In this document: piece after piece, positions 39,716 to 52,868 of the stretch
Layout of the letters: every line of letters begins with the position of its first letter
Numbering within the stretch: the stretch's first letter is position 1
Notes under the pieces: generated by a model
What the model saw: only the letters and a program-made list of their open reading frames with translations
Database searches by the model: none
What the model was told of the DNA's origin: nothing
Position numbers and translations under genes: made by a program
DNA from: Anaeromyxobacteraceae bacterium
GTDB lineage: Bacteria; Myxococcota; Myxococcia; Myxococcales; Anaeromyxobacteraceae
Length of the DNA stretch: 64,000 bases
Direction: 5' to 3'
Assembly (NCBI GenBank): GCA_047602405.1
Contig: JASGHJ010000001.1
Location: 256,001 to 320,000 of the forward strand

Positions 39716-42700
39716 ATGACCCGCACCCGGATCCTCGTCCTCGGCGCGCTCGCCCTCGCGGGCGCCGCCTCCGGCCTCACGGCCTGCGCCCCCTCCGTCC
39801 CGAAGTCGGGCACCGTCGGCAAGGTCGCGACGGTGGTGTTCGACCCGACCGCCGGCGCGATCCCGCTGCCGAACGACCTCGCCCGCTCGGCGCTCGGCCT
39901 CGGCGGCCTGCCCGACGGCGCGCAGAAGGAGCTCCTCCTCGCCTTCAACACGGCCGGAGGCTTCCCGAACGATCAGGAGGTCGCGATCACGCTCGACCTC
40001 GTCGACCAGACCATCGCCGCGAGCGGCGCGGTCACCGACGGCCCGGTCGCGCTCGACCTCGGCTCGTTCACGGCCGACACGTTCTTCGTGTGGGGGCTCA
40101 CCGCCGCGGGCGCGGGCCTCATCCCGATGGAGGCCCCGACGGCGGCCGACGTCGCCGCAGGGACGAAGACCTCGACCCTCACGCTGCACAGGAAGGGCCA
40201 CGGCCCCTGGGAGCCCGGCCTCTACTACGCCTTCGTGCGCGGCGGCCCGTACGGCGTGAAGACCGCCGACGGCCGGGCGGTCTACTCCTCCACCATCTTC
40301 AACCTCATCGCGCAGGGCCAGGACCTCACCACCGAGGCGAACCTGTCGCTCCTGAAGGCCCAGCTCGGCACGTACGAGGCGGCGCTCGCGAACGCCCAGG
40401 CGCTCAACCAGCTCATCGCGAGCTACAAGACCGCGCCCGCCCCCGGCGTGCCCGCGGCGTTCACCGTCGCCGACTCCCGCTTCCCGCACCAGGAGCTCGC
40501 GATGATGACGACCTTCCAGATCGCGCCCAGGAAGACCGTCGTGGAGCTCGACGCGGCCCGCGGCCTCGTGCCGCTGCCGATCGATCTCCTCCGCCACCCC
40601 GGCCCGACCGGCAAGCTCACGAAGCTCGCCGCGTGCACGCTCGCGAGCGGCTCGCTCGACGCCGCCGGCAACTGCTCCTCGGCGGCGGCCGCGGGCTTCG
40701 AGGCCCTCGACGGCTTCGGGACCACCGCGCCCATCCTCGCGGCGACGAGCGACCTCATCGACGCGACCACCGTGACGGGCGAGACCGTGCAGCTCTGGGA
40801 CCTCTCCGGCACCACGCCGTCGAAGGTGAACCCGGCGACCTACCTCACCGAGCCCTGCGAGGTGACCGACTCCGGGCTCTCGACCGCCATCGTGCTCCAG
40901 CCCGCCGGCCTCTCGGCCTGCGACGCCACCTCGCCCTTCCGGACCCGGCCGCTCAAGGACGCGACCGACTACGCGGTGATCGTCACGACCGGCGTGAAGG
41001 ACAAGGCCGGCAAGGCCCTCGGCCGCGGCACCGTCGGGAACGTGCTGCCTCTTCACGCACCCGGTCTCGGTCGGCGGCCACTCGGCGCTGCTCGGCATCG
41101 ACGACGAGACGGCCGCGGGCCTCGAGGCGATGCGGCTGCAGCCTGCAGCCGGTGCTGACCGCCGCCGCGCTCGCGAAGGGCGACGTCGCGATGGCCTACA
41201 CGTTCCGCACCCAGACCATCCTCTCGCAGGCGCTGCAGCTCGCCGCGCTGCCGTACACGCTCCAGGCGTCGACCGCGGTGCCGGGCGCCGTCACGAGCTA
41301 CACGCCCGCGCAGGCCTACGCGCGCTACGGGGTGGCCGCGACCGTGCCGGCGGACAACCTCGCCGAGGTGCTCGAGACGTCGATCCAGACGTTCAACCTG
41401 CTCGACCCCGCGTCCGGCGCGTTCTTCGCGAGCGTGGGGAGCGGCAGCCTCGAGACCGTCCCGGTCCTCGTCGCGGTGCCGAAGGCGACGAACCCCAACC
41501 TCGCCGCCTGTCCGGGGGCGCTCTCGGCGCTGAAGTGCGCGCCGGTCGTGGTGTTCCGCCACGGGTTCGGGCGCGGCCGGGCCGACATGCTCACGGTGGC
41601 GAACGGCCTCGCCGCGAAGGGACTCATCACGATCGCGGTCGACGCCGCGAAGCACGGCGACCGCTCGCTCTGCAACAAGGGCGACGTGACGATCTCCGGC
41701 TTCCCCATCTGCGCCGACCACACCTCCGCGTGCAGCTCGCCGCTCCCGCCCGGCGCGCAGGGCGACGCGAAGCCGCCGGGCACCTGCGGCGCGGTCGGCT
41801 ACGCGATGAAGCCGGTGTCCGAGGCGTGCGCCGCGAGCCCGGCCTCCTGCGGCTGGGACGGCAAGCACGGCATCCCGATCGTCTCGGGCAACTTCCTCGT
41901 CTCGGTGAACTTCTTCCGCACCCGCGACACGCTCCGCCAGGACGCCATCGACCAGTCGCAGCTCGTGCGCGCCCTCGCGTTCGTCCCGACCGGCCCGCCG
42001 CCCACGACGAACCCCGTCTTCGACCACCTCGCCGCCGGCGGCGTGGTCATCGACCCCGCGAAGGTCCGCTACCTCGGCCAGTCGCTCGGGTCCTTGCAGG
42101 GCGCGATGAGCATGGCCGTGAACCCGCGCCTCGCCTCGGGCGTGCTCAACGTGGGCGGCGGCACGATCGTCGACATCTTCACGAACTCTCCGGAGTTCGG
42201 CCCCTCGACCGACCAGCTCCTCGCCGGGCTCGGCATCTCGCCCGGAACGTCGGCGTACCTGCAGTTCCTCGCGGTCGCGAAGACCATCCTGGACCCGGCC
42301 GACCCCATCAACTTCGCCGGGCACCTGAAGGCGAACCCGCTCCCGAACCTCCTCGCGAACCCGAACGGCTCGGTCGCCCAGGCGCCGAAGGCGGTGCTCG
42401 CGCAGGCCGCCTTCTGCGACCAGTCGGTGCCGAACCCGTTCACGTACCTCCTCTCGGCGGTCGCCGGGAACACGCCGCTGCCGAGCGCGCCGACGTTCGG
42501 CCAGGGCACCGGCGACTTCCAGGTGTTCATGACCGGCGCCACCGCGCCCGACGCGGCGGCGTTCGCCTCCTGCACCGGCGGCTTCGGCTCGAAGCCGCTC
42601 ACGCCGTGGGCCGTCGAGCACGGCTTCATCACGAACTGGGCCGACGTCCTCCAGACCGGCAAGGCGCAGGCCGACGCGGCCGCCTTCCTCGCCGATCCGG

Positions 42701-42735
42701 CCGCGCTGCCGGGCTCGGTCGTCGTCCTGCCGTAG
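39716..42735 (+). CDS. Large lipase-like alpha/beta-hydrolase lipoprotein; two +1 frameshifts at ~41048 and ~41142 (probable sequencing errors)
   Basis: LTAC lipobox, PLPND, LDGFGT, FRHGFG, GQSLG nucleophile elbow, LDPADP, EHGF. Confidence 0.75.
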
Positions 42736-42751
42736 CGAAAGGGAGACCGCC

Positions 42752-43972
42752 ATGAAGAAGATCCTCGTCGCCCTCCTGCTCGCCGCCCCCTCCGCCGCGC
42801 TCGCGGCGGCCTACGCCATCCCCACCCAGAGCCCGCGCGACCTCGCGCTGCAGCAGTCCAACGTCGCCTCGCAGGAGGGCGCCGGCGCGGTGATGGCCAA
42901 CATGGCCGCGCTGTCCCGGCTCGAGGGCGCCTCCGCCACCGCCGCGCTCGAGATCGTCGACAACAAGACCGAGTGGTCCGACCCGACGCTCGGCTCGGCG
43001 AAGACGGTGCAGCACCCGGCCTACCCGCCCACGCTCTCGCTCGCCTGGGGCGGCCAGCTCTCCGGCGGCCGCCGCTACGGTGTCGGCGCCGGCATGCTGG
43101 TGGGCGGCGGCGGCTCGCTCTTCTGGCCCGAGGGCTGGGCCGGCTCGACGCGCATCCGCGAGGTCGACCAGCGCTGGTTCATCGCCCGCGCGGGCGGCGG
43201 CATCGAGGTCGGCGGCGGGCTGCGCCTCGGCGGCGGCGTCGTCTTCCACCGCATCACCGAGATCCTGAAGCAGGACGTCAACTTCGTCTCGTCGGTCGGC
43301 ACGGCCGAGGTCGCGCTCGCCGGCAACGGCTGGTCGTTCGCGGCCTCCGCCGAGTACGACGTGCCGAGCCTCCCGCTCACCCTCGGCGTCGACTACCGCC
43401 ACCAGGCGAAGTTCACGCTGAAGGGGGACGCGCACTTCGAGGGCGTGCCGCCCGCGTACCAGCCGCTCCTCCAGGACCAGGGCGCGAAGCAGGAGACCGC
43501 GGTGCCGAACGAGCTCTTCGTGGGGCTCGCGTGGAAGGTCCACCCCGGCGTCCGCCTCACCGGCGCGTGGAGCCACGAGCGGTGGATCGTCTACAAGGAG
43601 GACAGGTTCGTCGGCGACAAGGGCTTCACGGTCGACGTCCCGCGCAACTACAAGAACGGCTGGGTCTACCGGCTCGGCCTCGAGGACGAGCACCCGGCCT
43701 GGGCCCCGCCGCTCACCCTCCGCGTCGGCGCGCAGCGCTCGATCTCGAACCCGCCGACCGACACGCTCTCGCCCACCCTCTCCGACGCCTCGAGCTGGGG
43801 CTTCTCGGCGGGCGCGGGCTGGCAGCTCCTCCCGTCGCTCCGGGTGGACGCCGCGTACATGCTCGCGCTCCTCGACGACATCACGGCGACCGGCAACGAC
43901 GCGCTCCCGGGCACGTACAAGACGAAGGTGAACTTCTTCACCTTCGGGCTCACCTGGTCGCCGGGGCGGTAG
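42752..43972 (+). CDS. FadL/OmpP1 family outer-membrane transporter
   Basis: Signal peptide, N-terminal hatch-like segment (ANMAALSRLEG), beta-barrel pattern, TLSPTLSD. Confidence 0.8.
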   Translation: MKKILVALLLAAPSAALAAAYAIPTQSPRDLALQQSNVASQEGAGAVMANMAALSRLEGASATAALEIVDNKTEWSDPTLGSAKTVQHPAYPPTLSLAWGGQLSGGRRYGVGAGMLVGGGGSLFWPEGWAGSTRIREVDQRWFIARAGGGIEVGGGLRLGGGVVFHRITEILKQDVNFVSSVGTAEVALAGNGWSFAASAEYDVPSLPLTLGVDYRHQAKFTLKGDAHFEGVPPAYQPLLQDQGAKQETAVPNELFVGLAWKVHPGVRLTGAWSHERWIVYKEDRFVGDKGFTVDVPRNYKNGWVYRLGLEDEHPAWAPPLTLRVGAQRSISNPPTDTLSPTLSDASSWGFSAGAGWQLLPSLRVDAAYMLALLDDITATGNDALPGTYKTKVNFFTFGLTWSPGR

Positions 43973-43973
43973 C

Positions 43974-44918
43974 TCACTCCCGCTCGAGCTGCCGCACCCG
44001 GAGCCCGCGCGCCTCGAGGAGCGCGAGGAGCCCCTTCGGCCCGACCACGTGGCCGGCGCCCACCACCGCGAGGTGCGTGCGCCGGCCGCCGGCGAGCGGC
44101 GCGAGCACGTCCGCCATGGCGCGGTTGCGCGCCCAGAAGACCGTCTCGTAGAGCGGCGCGAGGTCCGGGTCGGTTGCGCGCTCGAGCAGGATCGCGGCCA
44201 TGGCCGCCGCGTCGCCGCCCTGCCACGCGGCGGCCGCCGCCTCCACGGTGCGGACCGTCTCGGCGCTCCCCTCGAGCACGTCGCGCAGGAGGAGCACCTG
44301 GGTCGGCTCGGGCAGGCCCGCGAGCATGCGCAGCTGCCGCTCCATCGACTCGAGCTCGAGGATCTCGCCGGTCGCCTGGAAGCGCTCGAAGAGGAGCCGG
44401 TCGACGCCGGCGCCCGGGGCGTACCCGGCGCGCTCGAGCTCGCTCATCGAGAGCATCGTCGCGAGGAACCACGGGCGGAGCGAGGCGACCGCCTTCGGGA
44501 GGAGGTGGTTGCGCCGGAGCGCCTCGGGCAGGAGCTCCCGCGTGCGGGCGTCGAGGTGCGCGTCGAGGTCGTCCGGCGCGCGATAGGTCCCGAGGCCCAT
44601 CACGAGCCCCTTCACGACCTCGGGATCCGCCCTCCGGGGATCCACCTCGAGCACGAGCGCGTCGACGCGGCCCAGGACCCGCTCGAACCCCGGCGGGAAC
44701 GTGAACTGGCCGGGCTTGCCCACGTGCACGGACCCGCTGAGGTAGAGGGGCCGGCCCACCCCGTCGGGCCGGGTCACCTCCCAGAGGAAGGCCCGGGCCT
44801 CGGAGGCGGGGCCGGCCGCGGGCCAGGCCTGCTTGGCCGCCTGCGGCCCCGCGCAAGCGCCGGAGAGCAGGCCGGCGGCCAGGAGGGCGACCGCGCGAAC
44901 GGTGGGTCTCGTGGGCAT
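43974..44918 (-). CDS. TraB/GumN family protein
   Basis: LWEV...YLSGSVH, GVD, LESMERQL, RNRAMA, VVGAGHVVGPKGLL. Confidence 0.88.
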   Translation of the reverse strand: MPTRPTVRAVALLAAGLLSGACAGPQAAKQAWPAAGPASEARAFLWEVTRPDGVGRPLYLSGSVHVGKPGQFTFPPGFERVLGRVDALVLEVDPRRADPEVVKGLVMGLGTYRAPDDLDAHLDARTRELLPEALRRNHLLPKAVASLRPWFLATMLSMSELERAGYAPGAGVDRLLFERFQATGEILELESMERQLRMLAGLPEPTQVLLLRDVLEGSAETVRTVEAAAAAWQGGDAAAMAAILLERATDPDLAPLYETVFWARNRAMADVLAPLAGGRRTHLAVVGAGHVVGPKGLLALLEARGLRVRQLERE

Positions 44919-45006
44919 TCCCCCCGAGGCTACCACCGACCCGGGTGACCGCCCCCCGTGCTAGGCTCCCACCACCGGCCCGAGGCTCCCGGACGAGGAG
45001 AACGCC

Positions 45007-45723
45007 ATCGCAACCCAGCGAAAGCCCACCCGTACGTCGCAGGCCCGGCCCGAGCGCGGCGCCCGCCCGGCGTCCGCCCGCAAGCCCGCCGCCCCCGGGA
45101 AGGGCCGCGGCCGCGCCGGCACCACCGCGAAGCCGGCCCGGCGCAACGCGGCAGGGCGGCACCCGTCCCCCGAGCTCGAGGGTACCGACGGCTTCGCGCC
45201 GGTCTCGCACAAGGTCGGCAAGGTCCGCGCCCCGGCGAAGCCCGCCGTGCGGGAGATCGGCTGGGCCGCCTTCGGCGAGATCGTGAAGAACCTCGCCGCC
45301 CGCATCCAGGCGAGGTACCGGCCGGCGGCGGTGGTCGGCATCGCCCGCGGCGGCGTCTTCGTGGGCGGGGCCCTCTCGACGGCCCTCGGCGCCGAGTTCT
45401 ACCCGATCCGGATCGAGCGGCGCCGCCGCGACATGGGCGTCCTGCCGCACGCCGTCGTGGAGCTGCCCCACCTCGCCGGCAAGCGCGTGCTCGTGGTCGA
45501 CGACCTCGCGTCGACCGGCGCGACCCTCGCGCGGGCCCGCGCGGTCTCGAAGAAGGCGGGCGCGGGCGAGGTGAAGACGGCGGTGCTCGTGGCCCGCAGC
45601 GGCGCGCGGCCGGACTTCTCGGTCTTCGAGACCGAGGACGTGATCCTGTTCGCCTGGGACTACGACGTCGCCGGCGGCGGGGGCAGCGGCGGCGCGGTGG
45701 ATCCGGGGGAAGTCGGGGTCTGA
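45007..45723 (+). CDS. Type I phosphoribosyltransferase with basic N-terminal extension (start either ATC 45007 or GTG 45247)
   Basis: GIARGG and [18 protein letters not shown] motif; frame is open back to GAGGAG-N6-ATC. Confidence 0.8.
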   Translation: MATQRKPTRTSQARPERGARPASARKPAAPGKGRGRAGTTAKPARRNAAGRHPSPELEGTDGFAPVSHKVGKVRAPAKPAVREIGWAAFGEIVKNLAARIQARYRPAAVVGIARGGVFVGGALSTALGAEFYPIRIERRRRDMGVLPHAVVELPHLAGKRVLVVDDLASTGATLARARAVSKKAGAGEVKTAVLVARSGARPDFSVFETEDVILFAWDYDVAGGGGSGGAVDPGEVGV

Positions 45724-47664
45724 GTGAAGCGCGTCGTCCTCGGCACCGCGGGCCACATCGACCACGGCAAGACCGCGCTCGTCCGCGCCCTCACCGGCGT
45801 CGACACCGACCGGCTCGCCGAGGAGAAGCGCCGCGGCATCACCATCGAGCTCGGGTTCGCGCACCTCGCGCTGCCGAACGGCACGGTCGCGGGCGTCGTG
45901 GACGTGCCGGGGCACGAGCGCTTCGTGCGCGCGATGGCCGCCGGGGCGGGCGGCATCGACCTCGTCATGCTCGTCGTCGCCGCCGACGAGGGGCTCATGC
46001 CCCAGACCCGCGAGCACCTCGACATCTGCCGCCTGCTCGGCGTGCCCGCCGGCATCGTGGTCGTGACGAAGTCCGACCTCCTCTCCGGGCTCGGCGCCGA
46101 CTGGCTCGGGCTGCTCGAGGAGGAGATCCGCGCCGCCACGAAGGGGAGCTTCCTCGAGGCCGCGCCCATCGTGCCGGTCTCCGCCGTCTCCGGCGACGGC
46201 ATCCCGAGGCTCCTCGAGGAGCTCGCGAAGCTCGCGGCCGCGGTGCCCGAGCGCCCGGCCGACGGGCCGCTCTTCCTGCCGCTCGACCGCGCCTTCTCGC
46301 TGAAGGGCTTCGGCACGGTCGTGACGGGCACGCTCCTCTCCGGCGAGCTCGCGCCGGAGGACGAGGTGGTGCTCCTCCCCGGGCACCCGACGCCGCTGCG
46401 CGTGCGCTCGGTGCAGGTGCACGGGAAGCCCGCCCCGAAGGCCCTGGCCGGCCAGCGCACCGCGGTGAACCTCCCCGGCGTCGAGACCTCCGCGGTCCAC
46501 CGCGGGCAGGTCCTCGTGAAGCCGGGCGTCGTGCCCGCCTCCTCGCTCCTCGACGTCGAGGTCGCGCTGCTCGAGGCCGCCCCGGGCCCGCTGCGCCACC
46601 GCGCGAAGCTCCTCCTCCACGTCGGCACGATGCAGGCCCAGTGCGCGGTCTCCTGGCTCGACCGCGCCGAGCTTGCGCCGGGCGGCGCCGCGTTCGGCCA
46701 GCTCCGGCTCATGGAGCCGGTCGCCGCGCTCCCCGGGCAGCGCTTCATCCTGCGCGGCTTCGCGGCGCTCGAGGGGCGCGGCCACACCGTGGCGGGCGGC
46801 CGGATCCTCGGCGTCGCCGCGCCCCGCCGCCGGCGCGGCCGCCCCGAGCCGCTCCAGGCGCTGAAGGTGCTCGCGACCGGCGAGCCCGACGCGCGGCTCG
46901 CCACCGTGCTCGAGGGCGCCGGCCCCGCCGGCCTCGAGGCCCCGGCGCTCCAGGGGCGCACGGCGCTCGCCGCGAAGGCGGTGCAGGCCGGGCTCGAGCG
47001 GCTCGGCGCGCGCGGCGCGGCGGTGCTCTTCGACCGGGAGAAGCGGGCCTGGGCGGGCGGCCAGGTCGCCGCCGAGCTCTCCCGCCGCATCGTCGCGGCG
47101 GTCGACGCCTTCCACGCCGCCCACCCGCTCGAGGCGGGCGTCGGGCGCGAGGCCCTGCGCGGGCGGCTGCCGCCGGTGGTCGATCCCCGCCTGTTCCAGC
47201 GGCTCCTCGCCGGGCTCGCCGAGAAGGGCGAGCTCGTGGTGGAGGGCGACGCCGTCCGGCGGAAGGGCCACACCGCCGCGGCCGCGGGCGGCGCGGGCGG
47301 CGCGCTCAAGGACCGCGTCGCGGAGGTGCTCGCGAAGGGCGGCCTCACCCCGCCCTGGCTGAACGAGCTGCCCGCCGCGGCCGGCGCGAGCACGGGCGAC
47401 GTCGCGGCGGTGCTGAAGCTCCTCCTCGCCGAGGGCAAGGTCGTGCGCGCCTCGGCCGAGCTCTGGTTCGACGCGGCGGCGGTGGCGGGGCTGAAGGACC
47501 GGCTGGTCGGGCACCTCAAGGCGCACAAGGAGATCACGACGCAGGCGTTCAAGGACCTCGTGGGCGCGACCCGCAAGCACGTCATCCCGCTCGCCGAGTA
47601 CTTCGACCGCGAGAAGGTGACGCTGCGCGTGGGCGAGAAGCGGATCCTCCGGGAGAAGGTGTGA
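45724..47664 (+). CDS. selB: Selenocysteine-specific elongation factor
   Basis: [29 protein letters not shown]-terminal [13 protein letters not shown] winged helix. Confidence 0.96.
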   Translation: MKRVVLGTAGHIDHGKTALVRALTGVDTDRLAEEKRRGITIELGFAHLALPNGTVAGVVDVPGHERFVRAMAAGAGGIDLVMLVVAADEGLMPQTREHLDICRLLGVPAGIVVVTKSDLLSGLGADWLGLLEEEIRAATKGSFLEAAPIVPVSAVSGDGIPRLLEELAKLAAAVPERPADGPLFLPLDRAFSLKGFGTVVTGTLLSGELAPEDEVVLLPGHPTPLRVRSVQVHGKPAPKALAGQRTAVNLPGVETSAVHRGQVLVKPGVVPASSLLDVEVALLEAAPGPLRHRAKLLLHVGTMQAQCAVSWLDRAELAPGGAAFGQLRLMEPVAALPGQRFILRGFAALEGRGHTVAGGRILGVAAPRRRRGRPEPLQALKVLATGEPDARLATVLEGAGPAGLEAPALQGRTALAAKAVQAGLERLGARGAAVLFDREKRAWAGGQVAAELSRRIVAAVDAFHAAHPLEAGVGREALRGRLPPVVDPRLFQRLLAGLAEKGELVVEGDAVRRKGHTAAAAGGAGGALKDRVAEVLAKGGLTPPWLNELPAAAGASTGDVAAVLKLLLAEGKVVRASAELWFDAAAVAGLKDRLVGHLKAHKEITTQAFKDLVGATRKHVIPLAEYFDREKVTLRVGEKRILREKV

Positions 47665-50273
47665 CCTCGCCGCTCGGCGCCGACGCGGGCGGGACGCTCG
47701 TCGTGCGCGACCAGCGGATCTCGTGGGTCACCGCGGGCGTCGCGCGCCTCCTCGGGCGGGCCGCCGCGGAGGTGGTCGGGCTCAGGTTCACCGACCTCGT
47801 CGTGCCGGAGGACCAGGCCCGGCTGCTCGAGCGCTACGCGCGCCGCCTCGCCGGCGAGCCCATCCCGCTCGACCTCGAGACCACGCTCGTGCGGCCGGAC
47901 GGGACCCGGGTGCCGGTCGAGGCGCGGGTGGCGCTCGAGGGCGAGGAGTTCGTGGTCCAGCTCCGCGACGCGACCGCGCTCGTCGCGCGCCGGCCCCGCC
48001 TCTCGGCGGTCGCGGAGCTCGGCGTCGCCATCCAGCGCGAGCGGGGCGAGGCCGGGGTGCTGTCGCGGGTGCGGGCGGGGCTGGCCGCGGCCGGGCTGTG
48101 GTCGCTCCTCGTGCGGGTCGAGGGCGGCGGCCTCACGGTGGAGTGGGCGGAGCTGCCCCGGGAGGCGCTCGACGCCTTCCGGGCGCGGAGCGGGCGCGAC
48201 ATCGAGGGGCTCGACGGCGCGTGGAGCACCTTCGCGCGCAAGGTCTGGGGCGAAGGCGCGGCGTACACCGACGACTGGGGCGCCTCGGCGGGCTCCTTCG
48301 TGATGCCCGACGACGCCGAGGCCGTGAGGCGCTTCGCGACCCGGCTCGGCCTCTCCCGGGCGGTCGGGGTGCGCCTCGACGAGCGCGAGGCGCCGCGCTT
48401 CTACCTCGTGCTCCTCGGGGAGTGGCTGCGGCCGGAGGACGTGGCCGCGGCCCGCCTGTTCGGCTCGCAGAATCGCCGCCGCCCTCGACGCCGCCCGCGT
48501 CATCTCCGACCTCTCCGCCCGCAACGCCGAGCTCGCGGCGCTCTCGCGGCTCGGCGAGCTCGCGGGCGACACGACCGACCTCGCCGCCTTCTTCGCCGCC
48601 GCGCTCGGCATCGTGCGGGAGGTCGTCGGCTGCGACGCCGCGGCGGTCTGGAACTTCGACCCCGGGACCGGCGACCTCGTGCTCGTCCACGGCGTCGGCG
48701 GCGGCGCCGCGCAGCGGCGGGCGCACGCGCGGCTCCCGGCGGGCCACCCGCTGGTCGCGGCGCTCTCGCAGCGCAACGCCTTCACCGCGGAGGTGGGCGA
48801 CACCGGCCCCTTCGGCGACGCCGTCGCCGCGGCGGGCATGGGCTCGGGCGCCTGGGTCCCGCTCTTCTCCCACTCGCGGCCCATCGGCGCGCTCGCGGTC
48901 GCGTACGGGCGGCCGGGCCTCGCGGCGGGGCGGCTGGAGGTGCTCGCCGCCGCGGGCGCGCACGTCGCGGGCGCGATCGCCACGCACCGCCTGCTCGAGG
49001 ACCTCCGCCGGCGCGTCGGAGAGCTCACGCTGTTCAACGAGCTCGCCCAACAGGTCTTCCGCAGCGAGCCCGGCGACGTGGCCGGGCTCCTCGACGCCGG
49101 CTGCCGCCAGGTGGCGCAGGCGCTCCAGGCCGACGCCGCGTGCGCGCTGCTCCTCTCCGAGGACGGCCGCCACCTCCGCCCCGCCGGCGCGCACGGCGCC
49201 CCCTACCCCGGCTTCCGGGAGCCGGTCGCGCTCGAGGAGTCCAGCCTGTCCGGCGAGGCGATCCGGAGCGGCAGGGCGGTGGTCTCGCCCGACGCCTCGC
49301 GGGACGCCCGGGCCTCGACGCGCCTGCGGGAGGCCCGGCCCCCGCTCGCCGTCCTCACCCTGCCGCTCACCGGCCGCCACGCCACCCGCGGCGTGGTGCT
49401 CGTCGCGAGCCACGCCGGCCGGGCCTGGGCCGACGGCGACCTCGCGGTCGCGACCGCGCTCGCGGGCCAGCTCGCGGTCGGCCTCGAGAACGCCGAGCTC
49501 TACGCCGAGGCCCGGAGGCGCGCCGACGAGCTGTCGGTCGCGCACCGCGAGCTCGAGCACGCCCAGCGGCAGCTCCTCCAGCGCGAGCGCCTGGCGGCCC
49601 TCGGCGAGCTCGCGGCGGTGGTCGCCCACGAGGTGCGCAACCCGCTGGGCGTCATCTTCAACTCGGTCGGCTCGCTGCGGCGGCTGCTCCGCCCGGAGGG
49701 CGACGCGCGGCTCCTCCTCGACATCGTGGCCGAGGAGGCCGAGCGGCTCAACCGCATCGTGGGCGACCTCCTCGACTTCGCCCGGCCCTCGACCCCGCAG
49801 CTCTTGCCGGGCCCCCTCGCGCAGGTGGTCGAGGAGGCCGTGGCCTCCGCGGTGGGCGCCATCCCCGGCGTCCGGGTCGAGACCGCGTTCGAGCCCGGGC
49901 TCCCGCCGGTCCCCATGGACGAGCGGCTCGTCCGCCAGGCGGTGCTCAACCTCGCGTCCAACGCCGCGCAGGCCATGCCGCAGGGGGGGCTCCTGCGCGT
50001 GCGCGTGCGGCGCGACGGCGCGGCGGTGGTGCTCGAGCTCGAGGACGAGGGCCCCGGCGTCCCGGAGGACGTCCGGCCGCGCATCTTCGAGCCGTTCTTC
50101 ACCACCAAGGCGAGCGGCACCGGCCTCGGGCTCGCGGTCGTGAAGCGCATCGTGGACGGCCACGGCGCCGAGATCGCGGTGCGGGCCGCCTCCGGCGGCG
50201 GGGCCCTGTTCGCGCTCCGGTTCCCGCTCGCCGAGGTTGAATCCGGCGGGCCGATCACGGTTCAATCGCGCCC

Positions 50274-50277
<4 letters not shown>
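47661..50277 (+). CDS. PAS/GAF/GAF sensor histidine kinase; +1 frameshift at ~48471 (probable sequencing error)
   Basis: N-terminal PAS-like region, GAF-like regions, [21 protein letters not shown]. Confidence 0.85.
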
Positions 50278-51653
<1,376 letters not shown>

Positions 51654-51811
51654 ACCCCGCCGAGCCGCGGCTTTCACTTCTGCAACGCCACCCTGCAACT
51701 CCGAAATGCCAGCCCCGGTGCACCCGACGGTGCGCCTCGGACGGGGAGTCGAGGTGCGGCGGAAGTGCCCGCTGTTCCTCGCGTGGACCGCATGGGGCGC
51801 ACCGGCCGGCG

Positions 51812-51827
51812 CGGCACCCGCGTTGCA
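51812..51827 (+). promoter_or_regulatory. Sigma-54 -24/-12 promoter
   Basis: CGGCAC-CCGCG-TTGCA gives exact GG-N10-GC spacing, just downstream of an enhancer-binding protein gene. Confidence 0.65.
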
Positions 51828-51951
51828 GTTCAGTCCTGCGGGAAGTGCAGGGCCGTTCGTTGGAGTTGGATCCCCCCCCCGCTTCAGTGGCGCCCTGCCC
51901 TTCCCGTTCTCTTCACCCCGCCTCCTCGCCGCCCGCGCACCCGGACGCTCG

Positions 51952-52284
51952 ATGCCCGCCTACCTGATCGTCGACGAGGATCGGAACTTCCGCGAGGCGC
52001 TCGCGATCGGCCTGCGCCTCGACGGCCACGCGGCCCAGGTCGCCTCGAGCGCCGACGAGGCGGTCCTGCACCTCGCCACCGGCCGCTACGGCGTCTGCGT
52101 GGTGGACGCGCACCTGTGGAGCCTGAAGCGGGTGCTCGACGCGTGCGCGCGCCAGGCAGCGGTGCCGGTGCTCACCGGACCCCACGCCGACCTCGTGAAC
52201 AGCGCCGCGGAGAAGGTGCCGGCGGCGCGGGCGCTGCCGAAGCCGTTCGGCGCGGACGCGCTCGTGGCGCTGCACTCGCCCTGA
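51952..52284 (+). CDS. Single-domain receiver protein (atypical)
   Basis: YLIVDED, VCVVD, VLTG, LPKPF. Confidence 0.72.
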   Translation: MPAYLIVDEDRNFREALAIGLRLDGHAAQVASSADEAVLHLATGRYGVCVVDAHLWSLKRVLDACARQAAVPVLTGPHADLVNSAAEKVPAARALPKPFGADALVALHSP

Positions 52285-52289
52285 GCGAG

Positions 52290-52685
52290 TCACCTCAGGG
52301 CTTCGCCCTCGACCCTCTCGCGCAGTTCAGGGTGAGCGTCGATCGCCGCGAGCAAGTCGAGGCGTCCGCCGCCGGCGGCGTGCACGAAGTACGCGCTCGC
52401 CTCCGCGGGTTCCTGGATCCAGGTGGTCACCACCTCCAAAGCACCCTCGCGCTCGACGATCTCGTCGAGCGCGTCGTGGAGCAGTTCCGCCTCCGGCCCC
52501 ACGCAGCAGAACTCGGCACACCCAAGCCTGATCAGCTCGCGGGCGTCCGCCTCACCCTGTTGCCGTTCCGACGGGCCGTAGGCGGGCAGGAGGCTCGCGA
52601 AGGGCGGTCGAACCGAATCATCCAAGGGGAAGGTCACCGCCGCCAGGACGAGTGTCCGGCTCCGACCGAGGCTGATCGAACGCAT
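52290..52685 (-). CDS. Hypothetical protein
   Basis: GGAGG upstream; 131-aa ORF with less GC-biased codons; no family recognised. Confidence 0.5.
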   Translation of the reverse strand: MRSISLGRSRTLVLAAVTFPLDDSVRPPFASLLPAYGPSERQQGEADARELIRLGCAEFCCVGPEAELLHDALDEIVEREGALEVVTTWIQEPAEASAYFVHAAGGGRLDLLAAIDAHPELRERVEGEALR

Positions 52686-52868
52686 CTCACGCGCCTCCGT
52701 GTGCTTGGGCGCGCGGATCGCGCCGCGACTTCGGGTGAATCACCTGCCTGGCGGCACCCTCCCGACGAGAGAACCCGGAATCCGTAAGGTCATTCTCCGA
52801 TGATGTCCCTGCAGGGACGTTTGTCGTGAGGCGACGCGGTCGCGCCAACTTCACCCAGGCCGCCTGCC

